Below, one piece after another: positions 13,707 through 27,485 of a stretch of DNA of 64,000 bases. The position numbers were made by a program, and so were the translations under genes. Below the pieces are notes generated by a model that did no database searches, had not been told where the DNA came from, and saw nothing but the letters and a program-made list of their open reading frames with translations. Origin of the DNA: Octopus sinensis (taxonomy: Eukaryota); NCBI RefSeq assembly GCF_006345805.1, contig NC_043001.1, forward strand, positions 13,082,001 to 13,146,000, in the 5' to 3' direction. Positions within the stretch are counted from its first letter, which is position 1, and each line of letters opens with the position of its first letter.

Positions 13707-13965
13707 AGGTAGCGAGCTGGAAGAGACGATAGCACGCCGGGAGAAATGCGTAGCTGTATTTTTTGTGTTCTGAGTTCAAATTCCGCCGCGGTCGACTTAG
13801 CCTTTCATCCTTTCGGGGTCGATAAATTAAGTACCAGTTACGCACTGGAGTCGATGAAATCGACTTAATCCCTTTGTCTGTCGTTTTTTGTCCCCTCTAT
13901 GTTTAGCCCCTTGTAGGTAATAAAGAAATAAGAAACGTTAGCACGCCAGGCGAAATACGTAGCTG
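13707..13965 (+). mobile_element. SINE family A plus start of a second unit
   Basis: Full head, core and tail, then aaagaaata|agaaacgttagcacgcc restart. Confidence 0.88.
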
Positions 13966-14084
13966 ATTATGTGTGTGTGTATGTGTGTGTGTGTGTGTGT
14001 GTATTTTTGGTAATATTTTTGCGTCGGAGATCACAACGTAAATACTTTTAGTATGATTGTCATGATGGGTGGAAAGTTGGTTCA

Positions 14085-14275
14085 TTGATTTCAAATTTTG
14101 GCATTTAGTCCAGCAATTGCCGGGGAGTTGAAAAGTCGATAACACCGACCCCTGTCTTTAACTGGCGTTTATTTTGTGAAGCACTGAAAGATGAAAGTCA
14201 AAGTCCACCTCGACGGTAAAATCAGACGAAATACTGCTAAGCATTTTGCCCTACGTACTTAGGATTCTGGGAAAT
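14085..14275 (-). mobile_element. SINE family A (diverged, alternative tail)
   Basis: gatgaaagtcaaagtccacctcgacgg...cagacgaaatactgctaagcatttt. Confidence 0.6.
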
Positions 14276-14769
14276 TAATACTTTTTGGAGACTTGAGAAA
14301 GCTGATAAGGAGGTAGAGTATATTTTGCTTCTACCGTCTTATCAGTATCTCCATTTTTATTCGCTCTACAGTAAAACATTCAAGCGCACAGCGTATATGT
14401 TATACATAGAAGCTATTGACCTGCAGTATTTTGACCACATGTTTTATTTCTTTATTTATTTATTTATTCATTTTGTACGAACACAGTGAAAGTCCCCACT
14501 AGAATAGCACATCAAGTTCATTGTCATTTGTTCTTCTGATCATGTTTTTTTTTTTACCTTCTCAATGAGCTGCCTATGCATTTCTTCATCATCTCTGCGT
14601 TATCTGCTATTAATCAACCATCATTTCTCATATGGAATTTTTGATCCAGTAGTTTCTCAACATATCTTAGGACAGTATCGGTTGTGACACGATGTTACTT
14701 GGAATATTCTTCTGGGCAAAAATCACTCCGTTGCTTTTCTACCATATTGCATCACGCTCATGGTATATA

Positions 14770-14985
14770 TCATTTTCTACTCTAGGCACAAGGCCAGAAA
14801 ATTTTGAGGAGGGGGCCAGTGGATTAGATGGATGCCAGTGAGCAACTGGTACTTAATTTATCGAACCCGAAAAGATGAAAAGCAAAGTCGAACTTGACGG
14901 AATTTAAACTCAGAATGTGAAGACAGACGAAATACCGCAGAGTATTTCGCCCGGGGTGCTAAAGTTTCTGCCAGATCGCTGCCTT
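14770..14985 (-). mobile_element. SINE family A with alternative tail (ttttctactctaggcacaaggcc)
   Basis: Core and head in reverse complement. Confidence 0.85.
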
Positions 14986-15120
14986 GGTCATAGTATATAC
15001 TTACATAAAGCAAGTTTAGATTCTTCTGGAGAGGTCGTTTTGTAAATGTGTTGGATTTATCTTCCTTGCTACACTATATTGTTTATAGGTTTATTGTGAA
15101 CGTGAAGTTTATAAAGTATA

Positions 15121-15284
15121 GGGCCCAGGAGTGGCTATGTGGTGAGTAGCTTGCTTACCAACCACATGGTTATGGGTTCTGTCCCACTGCGTGACATCTT
15201 GGGCAGGTGTCTTCAACTATAGCTTCGGGCCGACCAAATCCTTGTGAGTGGATTTGATAGACGGAAACTGAAAGAAGCCCGTCG

Positions 15285-15367
<83 letters not shown>

Positions 15368-15683
15368 TGGTGTGTGTGTGTGTGCGTGCGTGTGTATGTG
15401 TATGTGTGCGTGTGTATTTGTGTGTCTGCCCTTCCTTGTCCCCTCTATGTTTAGCCCCTTGTGGGCAATAAAGAAATAAGAAACGTTAGCACGCCGGGCG
15501 AAATGCTTAGCGGTATTTCGTCTGTTTTTATGTTCCGAGTTCAAATTCCGGCGAGGTCAGCGTTGCGTTTCATCCTTTTGGGGGTCGATAAATAAAGTAC
15601 TACTTGCGGACTGGGGTAGATCTAATCAACTGGTCCCTTTCCAAAAAAATTCGGGCCTTGTGCCTAGAGTAGAAAAGACTATT
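15121..15683 (+). mobile_element. Composite SINE: family B head + (TA)/(GT) + family A tail + family A unit
   Basis: B head ggcccaggagtggctatgtggt...gaagcccgtcg; A tail tgtcccctctatgtttagcccc; junction aaagaaata|agaaacgttagc. Confidence 0.85.
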
Positions 15684-16189
15684 CTCATCTTCTGTGTTCC
15701 GACTCTCTGCTTCAACGTACAATCTCTGATCACACATCTATCCTGATTATTGGAGTATATTTTCATGTGTTTAAGCAAATCTATTTTACTACTAGAGTGA
15801 ACAACCACCATGACAGTGTTTCTTAGCAGTAAAGATTACTCTATTTGATGGATTTCCAATTTAGAAAATTTGTGACATCAATTCCCTTTCAGGCTATAAT
15901 ATTTCCTTCATGCAGGAATAACATGTTGCAAAGATTAATTTCACATTAGAATGTCATTATCAGTTGCACATGTCTTCAAAGGAATTCATGATTTTGTTTT
16001 TAACTGCTTGCATTATATCGCTCAATCTCACTTGGTTTCCATCAACATTGCGATATATAGTCATTCCCATATGATTAAATTAATGGCCAATATAAAATTC
16101 GGTTATTTCGGTGAAGAAGTACAACGGCGCCAGCTCTCATCTTGGTTTGGAAAATCCTCAAAGAAACCATATGGATCTGACCCATAAAA

Positions 16190-16575
16190 CGGCAGATTTT
16201 ATTGTGATGTCAACAGCCTGGTGCACTTTTGATCAGGTTTCAGACAGCAGACAGCCTCGTCATGCCAAGTTCATTGCTCAGAATATTCTCAACTGTCTAG
16301 GGAGATATCTTAATGGCATCAGCTCTTCATTTTATAGTCCATCGCCTGTTATCTATCACCACGTGGTTAACTCGATCAATGTCTTTCTTTATAATGGTAG
16401 TTGTTGGACGTCCATATGCTGGGTCATCTTCAAGACTCTCTCTTCCCCTTCTATATTCGGTTGCTTAGTTTTACATTGTTGATAAATTCGGTGTGTGATC
16501 CCCTAATGCAGTAGCCCTTTAAGCATGAAAGTCCTGGGAGGCTAAACTAATTTTCTGCAGGTGATTGTTCACACT
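16190..16575 (-). pseudogene. Decayed mariner transposase, N-terminal HTH region
   Basis: Minus translation ...EYRRGRESLEDDPAYGRPTTTIIKKDIDRVNHVVIDNRRWTI...TVENILSNELGMTRLSA with stops; matches the mariner G..SLED.PRSGRP motif. Confidence 0.8.
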
Positions 16576-16699
16576 ACGAGGCCGATCGTTCCATAGGCCT
16601 CCCATTTGAGAAACCCTGATTTAACCTAAATTTGAGACGCCAGCAAAAGAAGAAATAAAGATAGACTTTTTTTCTATTCCAAAGAACTTATATATTTTA

Positions 16700-16922
16700 T
16701 CGATCACAACAGCTGATGTACTTGTGCGTACAAATGCATGTTCCTACGGCTTTGTCGATCGCATTCTCAGCTGGAATCGATTTTTGTAATTTTTCCCAGA
16801 CTTATACACGCACTGATACCGTCGGTATCTACATATCAAATTTGAGCGCAATCGGATGGAGGATGCTCGAAATCCTACAAGACACACACACAGACAGACA
16901 GAACCGATTTTATACAATAGAT
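16700..16922 (+). mobile_element. Possible non-autonomous Helitron/Helentron-like end
   Basis: aaatttgagcgcaatcggatg...acagacagacagaaccgattttatacaatagat layout resembles DINE/HINE-type 3' ends. Confidence 0.4.
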
Positions 16923-17951
16923 ATGTGTGTGTGTGTATGTATTTGTATGTATATATAGAGCCATCGTTCATGAAACGTGTTTGCGTCAGTTAATTTCTTA
17001 TTTATATCAGTCGTGACTGTTTGTGGTTGTCCATAAAATTCTCAATTATTGATGAACGGAGAAAAATATTCGATTTTGTTTAACACACAGTTTCTTAAAC
17101 GCAAAAGCAACATTTCTTTTATTTATTTATTTATTTCATGTACATAATTCAAAATTGCTAAGATGTATCTTGTAAAGAAATTACATTAGTGTAGACATGT
17201 TTAAAATTAAATAAAAGAGAGCATATTTTCAACAGTACGGAAGTTACTTCAATTGAATTGTGAATAGGTTTTAACAGGTTTTGAAATGAGAAAATTACGA
17301 GGACGATAGAAATGCCTTATTCCATTGTGATTCACAAATCGGTTGTTTCTGACGTAGTGTTGATCACATCACTCTACATGTGTTAATTTGTTTATCAAAT
17401 TTAGTTTTTTAATAATAACTTAACCACATAGCAATAGCAAATATTCACTAACTTAATTTAATCATTCTTTTTTTTGCAGGAATTCAAGTATCAAGTATTT
17501 TCACCGTATTTATTTTGCATTTTGTTCATCATTGTTACAACTTTCTTTCCAGATTATTCTATGTGAATAGTTTTTCATGCTAATAAATTGCAAGCACAAT
17601 CATATAATTTGAGAAAATAAAGTGTCTCAGCGTCAGTTTTAAACAATTTCCGGTTCTAAGCATTTATACGATTTTTGTTCAATACAGACGCGATTTTTAG
17701 GAGTTGTTTCTCAAAAACTAATGTAATTTATTCTTAAATGATTGGAAAAAATATGTTTCAAACCAGTTTATGTAAGAGAAGCTTTTTGAAAAATCATGAT
17801 TGTCAGAATATTTCAGGACACATATTAATACGTATAGGTATTATATTGCTCTGGTAACTAGTATATTCATCACACGCACAGACACGATTACACATACACA
17901 CCCAGTCCTTCTCCCTCTCTCTCTTTCTTCTGTTTCTGTCTGTCTGTCTGA

Positions 17952-17986
<35 letters not shown>

Positions 17987-18078
17987 CTGCGCACACTCAC
18001 ACAAAGCCGTGTTTCGTTCCATGTATTGCACTCGTCAACTTTCCGAATTTGAGGACGAAATTAATATCTAACGTATTT

Positions 18079-18280
18079 TATTTCTTTATTGCCTGTAGGG
18101 GGCTAAACATAGAGGAGAAAAACAAGTTCAGACAAGGGGATTAAGTCGATTACATCGACCCCAGTGCGTAACTGGTATTTATTTAATCGACCCCGAAAGG
18201 ATGAAAGACAAAGTCGACCTCGGTGAAATTTGAACTCAGACCGTAACGGCAGACAAAATACCGCTAGGAATTTCAACCGA
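18079..18280 (-). mobile_element. SINE family A
   Basis: Tail and core in reverse complement (atcgaccccgaaaggatgaaagacaaagtcgacc). Confidence 0.88.
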
Positions 18281-18356
18281 TATTCTATATATTCATACTC
18301 CAGTATCCAGACGAATCCATCTAGTTCATATAGACATTAATATAAATTCTTCAACA

Positions 18357-18600
18357 TCTTCTTCTTCTTCTTCTTTTTCTTCTTCTTCTTTTTCTTCTTC
18401 TTCTTTTCCTTCTTCTTCTTCTTTTTCTTTTTCTTCTTCTTCTTCTACTTTTTCTTTTTCTTCTTCTTCTTTTTCTTTTTCTTTTTCTTCTTCTTCTTCT
18501 TCTTCTTTCTTCTTCTTTTTTCTTTTTCTTCCTCTTCTTCTTTTTCTTCTTCTTCTTCTTCTTCTTCTCTTCTTCTTCTTCTTCTTCTTCTCTTCTTCTT
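18357..18600. repeat. (TTC)n polypyrimidine tract (~245 bp)
   Basis: Almost purely C/T. Confidence 0.97.
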
Positions 18601-18619
18601 AATGATAATAATAATAATC

Positions 18620-18845
18620 AGGCAGTGGCTCTCATGGCTTCTGCTCTTAACTGATTGGAAGTGTTTTCATGTACATTATTTTGTCTTGATATAAGAGATG
18701 GGCTACAGCAAATACTCTGCTCAATAGCACAGGTTTGCTTGTCAGTTATTTGACCATAACCAGTTGACCATGTCCCGTGTGGCTCACGATATGTGCATCT
18801 CTGACAACGTGCAGGGTATTGGGGGAGCACCATAGCCAAGTGCTT
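18620..18845 (+). mobile_element. Fragment of (TAA)n-associated family T2
   Basis: ttgtcttgatataagagatgggctacagcaaatactctgctcaat...gatatgtgcatctctga matches 2930-3060; preceded by (AAT)n. Confidence 0.75.
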
Positions 18846-20229
18846 TGTTCGTGGGAAAAATTGATGGGATATATTGCTGGTCAAGAGGATGGGTTAAAGT
18901 AATTCAAAGCTTTTATACTCTTAGGTTGAATATTAAGGGTCCCATGAACAGCGAAATTCTTCTGAACGAAAACCCTAGGAAATTTGTATAATCTATACAT
19001 GGACTCACATATATATTTATTAAGATACACGGTTCGCTATACGTTAATTGTATTACATTAAAAGGAAATTAAGTTTCGAGATCAATTATATAAATCAATA
19101 AATTTATTCTGAACTGTCATAAAGTCTGAAACATGCAATCAGTTTATTAGGAGTTTAATGATTTTTGAGGGTTAAAAAATGTTACTACAATTCTTAGCTA
19201 ATTTAATTTGTTCTGCTTTCGAACATTTAAAATCTAAATTGCCAATCTATTATTTGATTGTTTACGTTCGACAAGCAAACAGATTAATTTAAATAAATAT
19301 TTCACGAATTAAACGCAAGCAAAAATAAGTACAATTTATTTTGTTATGATATAGAATCATTACCAGATCTCAACAGACAATTAGAAGAAATCCAATTTAA
19401 AACTGTGTGCATATTCAGGATATAGTGTTTATTTTATCATTGCTCGATTCATTAGTAAATTGCTGTAATTTATTGAGGTAGAATTATTGAAATAGTAATG
19501 AATGTAATATAGACAACAAATATTTAATTAAAATTCTAACTTCAGATCATAGTAATAACTCAAGACGGCAAAACCCAAGTGCTTATAACTTTCACCGAAT
19601 ATTGGCTCCAATTACTGTATATGCTGTTTATTACGATAAAACAATCCATGTGTAATTAACCTGTATCTTATACTTGTTTCAGTTATTAGACTGCAGTCAT
19701 ACTGGGGCACCGCGTTCAAGATTCGATACCAAAAGTTTGTTTTAAAGCCCAATACGTTTATTTCTGCCGAGGCGCTATGTAACTTGGGCGTAAACAAAGG
19801 TGGTGCTCCAGCATGAGCATAGCTTTAAAGCTGAAACAATTTATAGAATCTTTTTAGAAAACCAAAACATGTTATCAAGCGATGGTTGTCAGCAAACACA
19901 GAGACAAATTCGTGGATAAAGGCCAAGGGCCAGAATGCACCTGGTGCACTCCTTTACCAATCCAGAACGATTTGTTTATCTCTCTATGATATTTACCTTT
20001 GCATTTAACATATTCCGTTTATAGAAATATTTTATTTCGGAGGAAATCTGGTGGTTCTGACATGTGAAATTTTAAGTAAAATATGTAGATGACTATTTTA
20101 ATTAAAAGGTGCTTCCCTTGCTTATGACGAGATGATGGTAATATTTAGAGGATATATTTGCCGTTTTGTGTTTGCATGTATAAAATTTCCGGTTCTTTCA
20201 ACTGAAATGAAAATTATTTTAAATATGAC

Positions 20230-20468
20230 AAAAGCTCGTCGATAATTTGAACTCACAAGGTAACGCCAGACGAAATACCTATTTCTTTACTACCCACAAG
20301 GGGCTAAACACAGAGGACAAACAAGGACTGACACACGGATTAAGACGATTACATCGTCTCCAGGCAAAGTCGGCCTCGGCGGAATTTGAACTCAGAACGT
20401 AACGGCAGACGAAATACTGCGAAGTATTTCGCCCCGGTGGGCTAACTATTGTGCTAGCTCTCCGCCTC
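20230..20468 (-). mobile_element. SINE family A, partial dimer with internal deletion
   Basis: Junction cagacgaaatacc|tatttctttac at ~20267-20290. Confidence 0.8.
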
Positions 20469-20934
20469 CTAATATATTTACTATAATGGCGTTAAGTGAT
20501 CGCTTCTTTACACGGAAATTGTAACTTCGATTTATTCTCACTTAAACTAAACATTTAATTTTTTATGGTAATTTTATGACATGTGAGATAGCTAGTTAGG
20601 AATCTCTAATCAGTTGAATGTTAAAGAGATATACTGAATGGTCATTGAGGTTATAAAATAGTGAAAAGCAGTCTTAAATATTCAGTAAACTAAATTTCGG
20701 ATCCAACTTATTTCTCTGCCGGATTGTAATTCACAGTGAGGGAGTTGTAATCATGATCGAGAGACCGCTGGTTCAATTCTTGTATCCGGTGATGCGTTGC
20801 TTTCTTGAGCAGAACAATTCATCTGACGTTACACTTCGATCGCATAGACACCTAACGTGTGGTTTATCGTGCATCTGTTCAGACAGCATCGACTTGATAG
20901 AAGGACTGGGCTAAAGTAAAATACAAACATTTAA

Positions 20935-21170
20935 AGGCGGCGACCTGGCAGAAACGTTAGCACACCAGGCGAAAAGCTTAGCAGTATTTCGTGTGCCGCA
21001 ACGTGCTGCGTTCAAATTCCGCTTAGGTCAACTTTGCCTTTCATCCTTTCGGGGTCGATAAATTAAGTACCAGTTACGCACTGGGGATCGATGTAATCGA
21101 CTTAATCCGTTGTCTGTGCTTGTTTGTCTCCTCTGTGTTTAGCCCCTTGTGGGCAATAATGAAATAAGAA
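20935..21170 (+). mobile_element. SINE family A, full length
   Basis: ggcggcgacctggcagaaacgttagc head (A box), gttcaaattcc (B box), core, tail. Confidence 0.9.
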
Positions 21171-21564
21171 GTCATCTATGCTGGCCGCTCAGCAAGAAAT
21201 CTTACAAACGTTTTTCTCAGACTACAAGAGAATTCCAAAATAGACATGTTGTTTTCTTCAGCATCTTTATATATATTATACACTTCTGATTTTAAATTCA
21301 ATTCGATATTTCATTCCATTATAGGACCATCATACCGCATTGACAACTGTATTGTCATTCTCAGAATGTTAATTAATTACGCATATCATTAATGATAAAT
21401 TTTCCTCAGTACGTAGTCACCTAATATTCCGTTTATGATTTGAAAGAAAGTATTTTAGTTTGCAATATAAATAAACACTTTCTGGAAATATTTACTTCGA
21501 AATGGATTCTGTTATGTACTACTGTTATGTTCGTGCTGGTTGATATATATATGTGTGTGCGTGT

Positions 21565-21772
21565 GTGACCGCGTGTGTATCGTTGGCGATTTTTCTTCCG
21601 TCTTCTCTTCCTTGGATCTTTTCTTTTCCTGTTTCTGACCAAGAGCTCCGCTCGAGACATGAAACCCTCCTTCTTTCTTTCCTTTCCTGCGTGTCCAATA
21701 ACAATCCACTTGTTCCACGTCCTCGCGTTGTATTTTCTCTTTGTGTTTTCATTTTTGGACTAACTCTCTCTC
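21565..21772 (+). mobile_element. Penelope-like pseudo-LTR fragment with degenerate minimal hammerhead motif
   Basis: Homologous to 25545-25738; gtttCTGACCAagagctccgctcGAGAcatgaaac; next to (TA)n. Confidence 0.55.
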
Positions 21773-21814
21773 ACTCTATTTTTCTCTCCTCTCTCCCTCT
21801 CTCTCTGTATATAC

Positions 21815-21911
<97 letters not shown>

Positions 21912-22181
21912 AGAATAAATAATATCTTTAATGGTTAAAAAAAAAAAATTATTACTGGTAGATTTCGGCATGTAAATATAACCATTAACAGTAGGAACTT
22001 CTATAAAGTTCAGTATATATGAACTTTATATATATATGACAAATTAAACTTAAATGTTGAAGTGAATCGAACGGCTTTTGTGTATTTCTTAAATGGTTTA
22101 TAAACACCTTCCACGCTGCAATTGTTTTCGTTTCAGCACACGATCTCAGATCAAATTACTTGCTATGCGAGTACATCTCCG

Positions 22182-22286
<105 letters not shown>

Positions 22287-22636
22287 GTTGTGTGTGTGTG
22301 TGTCTAGATATACAATGAACTATAACACTTCATTAATGTTTTACATTATTAATTGCTTACACATACCAACACATATATAAGTATGATATTGTCGAGTTTT
22401 TCTGTACCTCCACTAAATATTACTTACATAAATTGATGAATTGTATGATGCATAGCTAAACGCTTACAAATGAAAGCCACATATTTTCTAGCATATATAG
22501 GTGCTCTTCATGAGAAATTACATCATTTATATTCAAACGATTCACATTAGTTGATTTTATGGAGAACATTACATTTAGTTGGTAAATATTCTGAACAGGA
22601 AGTATTTCAGTATCGAGTCTACATCCATTATTTTCT

Positions 22637-22812
22637 TGGCTGTGTAGTAAGTAGCTTGCTTACTAACCACATGGTTCTGGATTCATTTCCACTGCGTGAC
22701 ACGTTGGGCAAATGTCTTCTACTATAGCCCCGGGCCGACCAAAGCCGTGTGTGAGTAGATTTCGTAGACGGAAACTGAAACATCCCGTCATATATATATA
22801 TATATATATATA

Positions 22813-22848
<36 letters not shown>

Positions 22849-23053
22849 TATATATTTCTCACCATGATACATCGGTAGTCACTAAACATATTTTTTTTTT
22901 CTCACCTTGTTTCTTTCCATGTTCCTTTCTGTGGAAGAGCGTAGGCTCGAAACGTTAAAGTCATATTAACTTCCCGAGCGTCATGCTATTTCATCTGTGT
23001 GTTTTCTACACCATCTGTCTTCGATTTTTGTTTTTTTTTTCGTGAATTCTCCC

Positions 23054-23105
<52 letters not shown>

Positions 23106-23345
23106 GTGTGTGTGTGTGTGTGTTTGGTGTGTTTGTGCGTCTGTGTTTGTCCCTCCCCCCGCAACATCGCTTGACAACCGATGCTTGTGTGTTTACGTCC
23201 CCGTAACCTAGCGGTTCAGCAAATAAGACCGATAGAATAAGCACTAGGCTACCAATGTATAAGTCTTCGGGTCGATTTGCTCGAGTAAAGGCAGTGCTCC
23301 AGTATGGCCGCAGTCAAATGAGAGAAACAAGTAAGAAAGTACGAA
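22637..23345 (+). mobile_element. SINE family B (CORE-like) with nested insert in its internal (TA)n
   Basis: ggctgtgtagtaagtagcttgc head; tail gcagtgctccagtatggccgcagtcaaatgagagaaacaag; foreign ~200 bp at 22858-23053. Confidence 0.85.
22885..23053 (+). mobile_element. Penelope-like fragment with hammerhead-like motif
   Basis: ctttCTGTGGAagagcgtaggctcGAAAcgTTAaag at 22925-22960. Confidence 0.5.
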
Positions 23346-24039
23346 AGATTATGTGTATTTATGCGTGGAATCAAGAACCTCAAAATATTTCACTTGGAAC
23401 AAATACTGATCTATAAATAACCAAATGTAGGATGAGAAATATTGCTTTTGTTTTTAGCGTAAGAACTCATAGTTTCTCTCTCCATAATGTATATTGATTA
23501 TAGTGTAAAATTCTGTTTTGTATTCTCTCGCGTAGAGTTAAATTATTCGAAATTTGCAATGCCAACGGAACCCCAACGTGATATATATTTGCAATTATGT
23601 GGCTCAGCATGTGACAAATTTCTGTTCTTTTTTGTTTTGTTTATCGCGAAATTTGTGATAAATTCCGTATGGTAAATAGCAATCTCCTACTGAGACTTCA
23701 AGATTCCAATATCAACTTAAACATTTAAAATTTCAATACTTTCTTCTTAAGAATGCGCAAAATTTCTAATCGATTTCATTGTTGGCAGCAGTAAACATGT
23801 TTAGTTCTGGCTTCAACAAACCAATTACAAAATACTTAATGGAATGATAAAATTGTTTAATCTTAGGGAAGGGTGACCTATGTAAAATCATACTTCCTGT
23901 ACATGTAGAATTTGGGAGAATGGGTTTCAAATTTAAATAATGTAAGGAGTGTGATGGTGAATATTATGTGGCTAAATTAGTTCGATAAATGAATACATAC
24001 TGATTACAGCATTCGAATATTTGCATCCTCAGATTAATA

Positions 24040-24300
24040 AATAAATAATAAATGCGACCGTTTAAAGCCTAGCCAGGCTCATGGGCCCGATTTACTGGTT
24101 TCAATGGCGTGAGTGTTCCCCAGCTGTACGGGACGCCAGTCCATCGCAGCGTTACTCCTTTTTGCCAGCAGAGTGGACTGGAGCAACGTGAAATGAAGTG
24201 TTTTGCTCAAGAACACAACGCGTCGCCCGGTCCAGGAATCGAAACCACAATCTTACGATCATGACGCTGACACCCTAACCACTAAGCCACGCGCCTCCAC
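24040..24300 (-). mobile_element. SINE family D (tRNA head, CORE-like segment, V-domain-like segment) with 14-bp TSD
   Basis: Minus: gtggaggcgcgtggcttagtggttagg...gcgatggactggcgtcccg...(TTTA)n; TSD tcctcagattaata at 24026-24039 and 24301-24314. Confidence 0.9.
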
Positions 24301-24489
24301 TCCTCAGATTAATAGTGAGTAATATATTCCGTTAACAATTTCCTACTATAAAATATAAGAGCAAATGCTTTGACATAAATAAGTCCAGCTTCAATGAATC
24401 AAACGAAGAATATGATATTTCTGATGGTGCTTCTGAAGTTTCTTGAATAACATATTCCGGGTTTTAGTATAGAACGAGAGCAAACGTGT

Positions 24490-24700
24490 ATTCTTTCACA
24501 TGTTTCGGCCATTCGGACGGTGGCCGTTTTGAGCGGTTCCGCCTTTTAGTCGAAAAAATCGATCCTTGAACTTAATTTTTGTACCCCACCTGGTAATTCT
24601 ATCGGTCTCTCTTGACGAACCACAAAGGTAAAGGGACAAAAATACAACATCTGTTGTCAGGTGATGGTGGGTGAAAAATACATACACGAAATACACAAAC
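24490..24700 (-). mobile_element. SINE family B 3' half (diverged)
   Basis: ccgccttttagtcgaaaaaatcga...attctatcggtctctc. Confidence 0.65.
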
Positions 24701-25115
24701 ACAACAATATAAACATGGCCAACTAAAGCCCTTTTGCTCCGGACCACCGACTTCTTCGTCTGCCGTAAGGCTTAATTTTCAAATGCGCCAGCTGCATTCA
24801 ATTCGTCTGAGTCGAAAGACGCCTGTTGTTATGTCTTGTTATTATTATTATTATTATTGGTTTTTTTTGTATTTATATCCGTATTATTATTTTTTTTTTT
24901 GTATTTATATTCGAGTAACATCGTCCGTTTTCTATCCTTGTTTCGTATACATTCGATCCTTTTTCCAAGGAATCTAATGCTCGTAGTTTAGCTTTTCCTT
25001 GGGGCTGGCCAGATTGGGGCAATCTCAAGATTAATCAACCGAAATTGCGAGGATGATCCGGTTCTTGAAGATGTATCGTCTATTTGGGTGTTTTGCGTTC
25101 TTGTCTCATTTTGTA

Positions 25116-25151
<36 letters not shown>

Positions 25152-25425
25152 CATGATCGTAAGATTGTGGTTTCGATTCCTGGACCGGGCGACGCGTTGT
25201 GTTCTAGAGTAAAACACTTCATTTCACGTTGTTCCAGTCTACTCAGCTGGTAAAAATGAGTAACGCTGCGATTGAGTTACCCTCTACCAAATCCACTCAC
25301 ATGGCTTTGGTCGGCCCAAAGCACAAGTAAAAAAGACTTACACGAGTTTCCACGCAGTGAATCTGAACCTGCAACTATGTGGTTTAGAAGGAAGCCTCTC
25401 ACCACACTGCCATGCCTGCGCCTGT
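25152..25425. mobile_element. Truncated SINE D (+) abutting SINE B head (-)
   Basis: catgatcgtaagattgtggtttcgattcctggaccgggcgacgcg; then ctaccaaatccactcac...ccatgcctgcgcc. Confidence 0.75.
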
Positions 25426-25544
25426 GTATGTATATCTATATCTACCGATATATGTATATAGGCACACATACATACGCACGCGCTCACATGCAAGCGAATG
25501 AACACAGACACATGTATGCCTAAGAATATATATATATATATATA

Positions 25545-25738
25545 TGGTTGGCGATTTTTTTCCTCTGTCTTCCCTTCTCGGGATCTTTCCTACTCTTATG
25601 TTTCCGACGAAGAGCTCCGCTCGAAAAGTTAAACCCTCCTTCTTCCCTTCTTTCCTGAGCGTCCAATAATACTATATTTGTTCCACGTCCTCGCGTTGTT
25701 TTGTTTTCTCTTTGTGTTTTCATGTTTGGATTAACAAT
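25545..25738 (+). mobile_element. Penelope-like pseudo-LTR fragment with degenerate minimal hammerhead motif, within (TA)n
   Basis: gtttCCGACGAagagctccgctcGAAAagTTAaac at 25600-25634; (TA)n on both sides. Confidence 0.55.
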
Positions 25739-27079
25739 ATATATATATATATAAGCAAATATGTACATGCTTATATAAATCCTGAGGCAATTCGATAGCA
25801 TTATAGAATTAAATTTCTCGTACTCTTTACAATCTATATCGTAACTGTCTTTCCTTAATCCGAACTGGTGCAGCTCTCGGGGTCTTTAAATTCCACGTAA
25901 TACTCTACTGCGACCATCGAATCATAAATGTACAACCTGAAATCTAATCATATTTTTATCGCACTTCCCAAATTCTAACCTCATCATACTTCTGAACACT
26001 AAGCCAGAAATATTAACAACTTCAAACGAGTTTCTGTATGTCGTAATATGATTTAGACATCACGGAATAAAGACACTTTTGTAATGGTCTTCTGACGCGC
26101 AAATAATGAAAACACTATGGAAATAGCTTCACTATAATACTGAACCATGCATACACTGCGTTACCAATTGACAATGGGGAAGAAAGATATGTATTTTTAT
26201 GTAATCTTCAATAGGAAATAGGAGTCACGTTGAAGAGAGTAATTTTGTAATAAATATATATTAGCTGTTAATCCATCTATATACCTGAGTTATTTTGTAT
26301 CTATCATATTTGCAGAAGTTTGCCAATTATTTTTCAAGAGCCGTATTAGAACACATTCTTGCATTGTGATGACGGAGATTTCAGCAAAGCCAATTGTTCT
26401 GAAATTTACATGAAAATACATACTCCCATATACACAAACAAACGTATGCAATTTATTTCTTTGAATATTTTAAACATCTTCCTTTAATTTAAAAACAAAC
26501 TGATTCATTGCACTACTTTTGTTCTTTCAAATCAATCATTTTCATAAACAATGCTATTGATGAAATACAGTTTAGAGGCAATTGTTCTAGAAAAAATAAA
26601 GTAATAAATTCGATAAACACCTGAATAATTGGATAAACACATTTCTTTGAATATTTTATTCAATTCATATATTTAAGAACAAAGTGTATTGTTTCACTTA
26701 TATCTTTATATCTTCAACTTCCCCGTCAATTTAATATGCCTCATCCACTTTACTTAGCAACCCTTCAATTCAACTTAATTTCAACGTTTATTGGCGAATA
26801 ATTGTGTGGAAAAACTGTGCTAATAATGCAAATTTATTGGAAATCTTGCCTTCAATTTGCTGCAAACGAATGAATGTTTTCCACATCAAAACATTTGAAT
26901 ATATTTATATTTTGAACACATTTCATGTTTTGCTTACACAAGTATCTTAATCAGAATCTATCATTTATTATTCAGTGTTGTTCACTTAGTGATTATGGCA
27001 TGCGAGGAATGAGTTATAATATTCTTCAATTTCAGCTAACTCTCATATCAGCAATAAGATCAAGGTTACTCGATCAAAA

Positions 27080-27126
27080 ATGAAAGAAACATTTCTTTAT
27101 ACTGCCATTATTTTGCTGCATACAGT
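27080..27126 (+). CDS. Speculative first coding exon (signal-peptide-like MKETFLYTAIILLHTV)
   Basis: aaaaATG context, hydrophobic stretch, GTAAGT donor at 27127, upstream acceptor tttcag at 27035; no homology recognised. Confidence 0.2.
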
Positions 27127-27485
27127 GTAAGTGGTCCAGCCTGTTGGGCGAATTTACAGGAAGAGAAAATATAGAGAAAATACTATCCATGGAAATTTTA
27201 ATTGCCGCTACAGAAATATATAACCATAAGCTATTTACACTCAGTTCATAAACTGCAAGGAAGACACTTTTTTTAAACATTAATCAAATAGTTATAAGAT
27301 GAATTTTTTTCTTGAGGAGTTTGTTTAAATGTGACGCTTAATTCAAAGTTGTCCGGAATAGCAACAGGACATGCCTCATGCTTTCCATTGTTGTAAGTAA
27401 TTTCATTGGTTTGCTGATATACATATGTGTGATGCGTGTATGTACGTATATACATGTGTGTGTGTGTGTGTTTGTGTATTTACAT

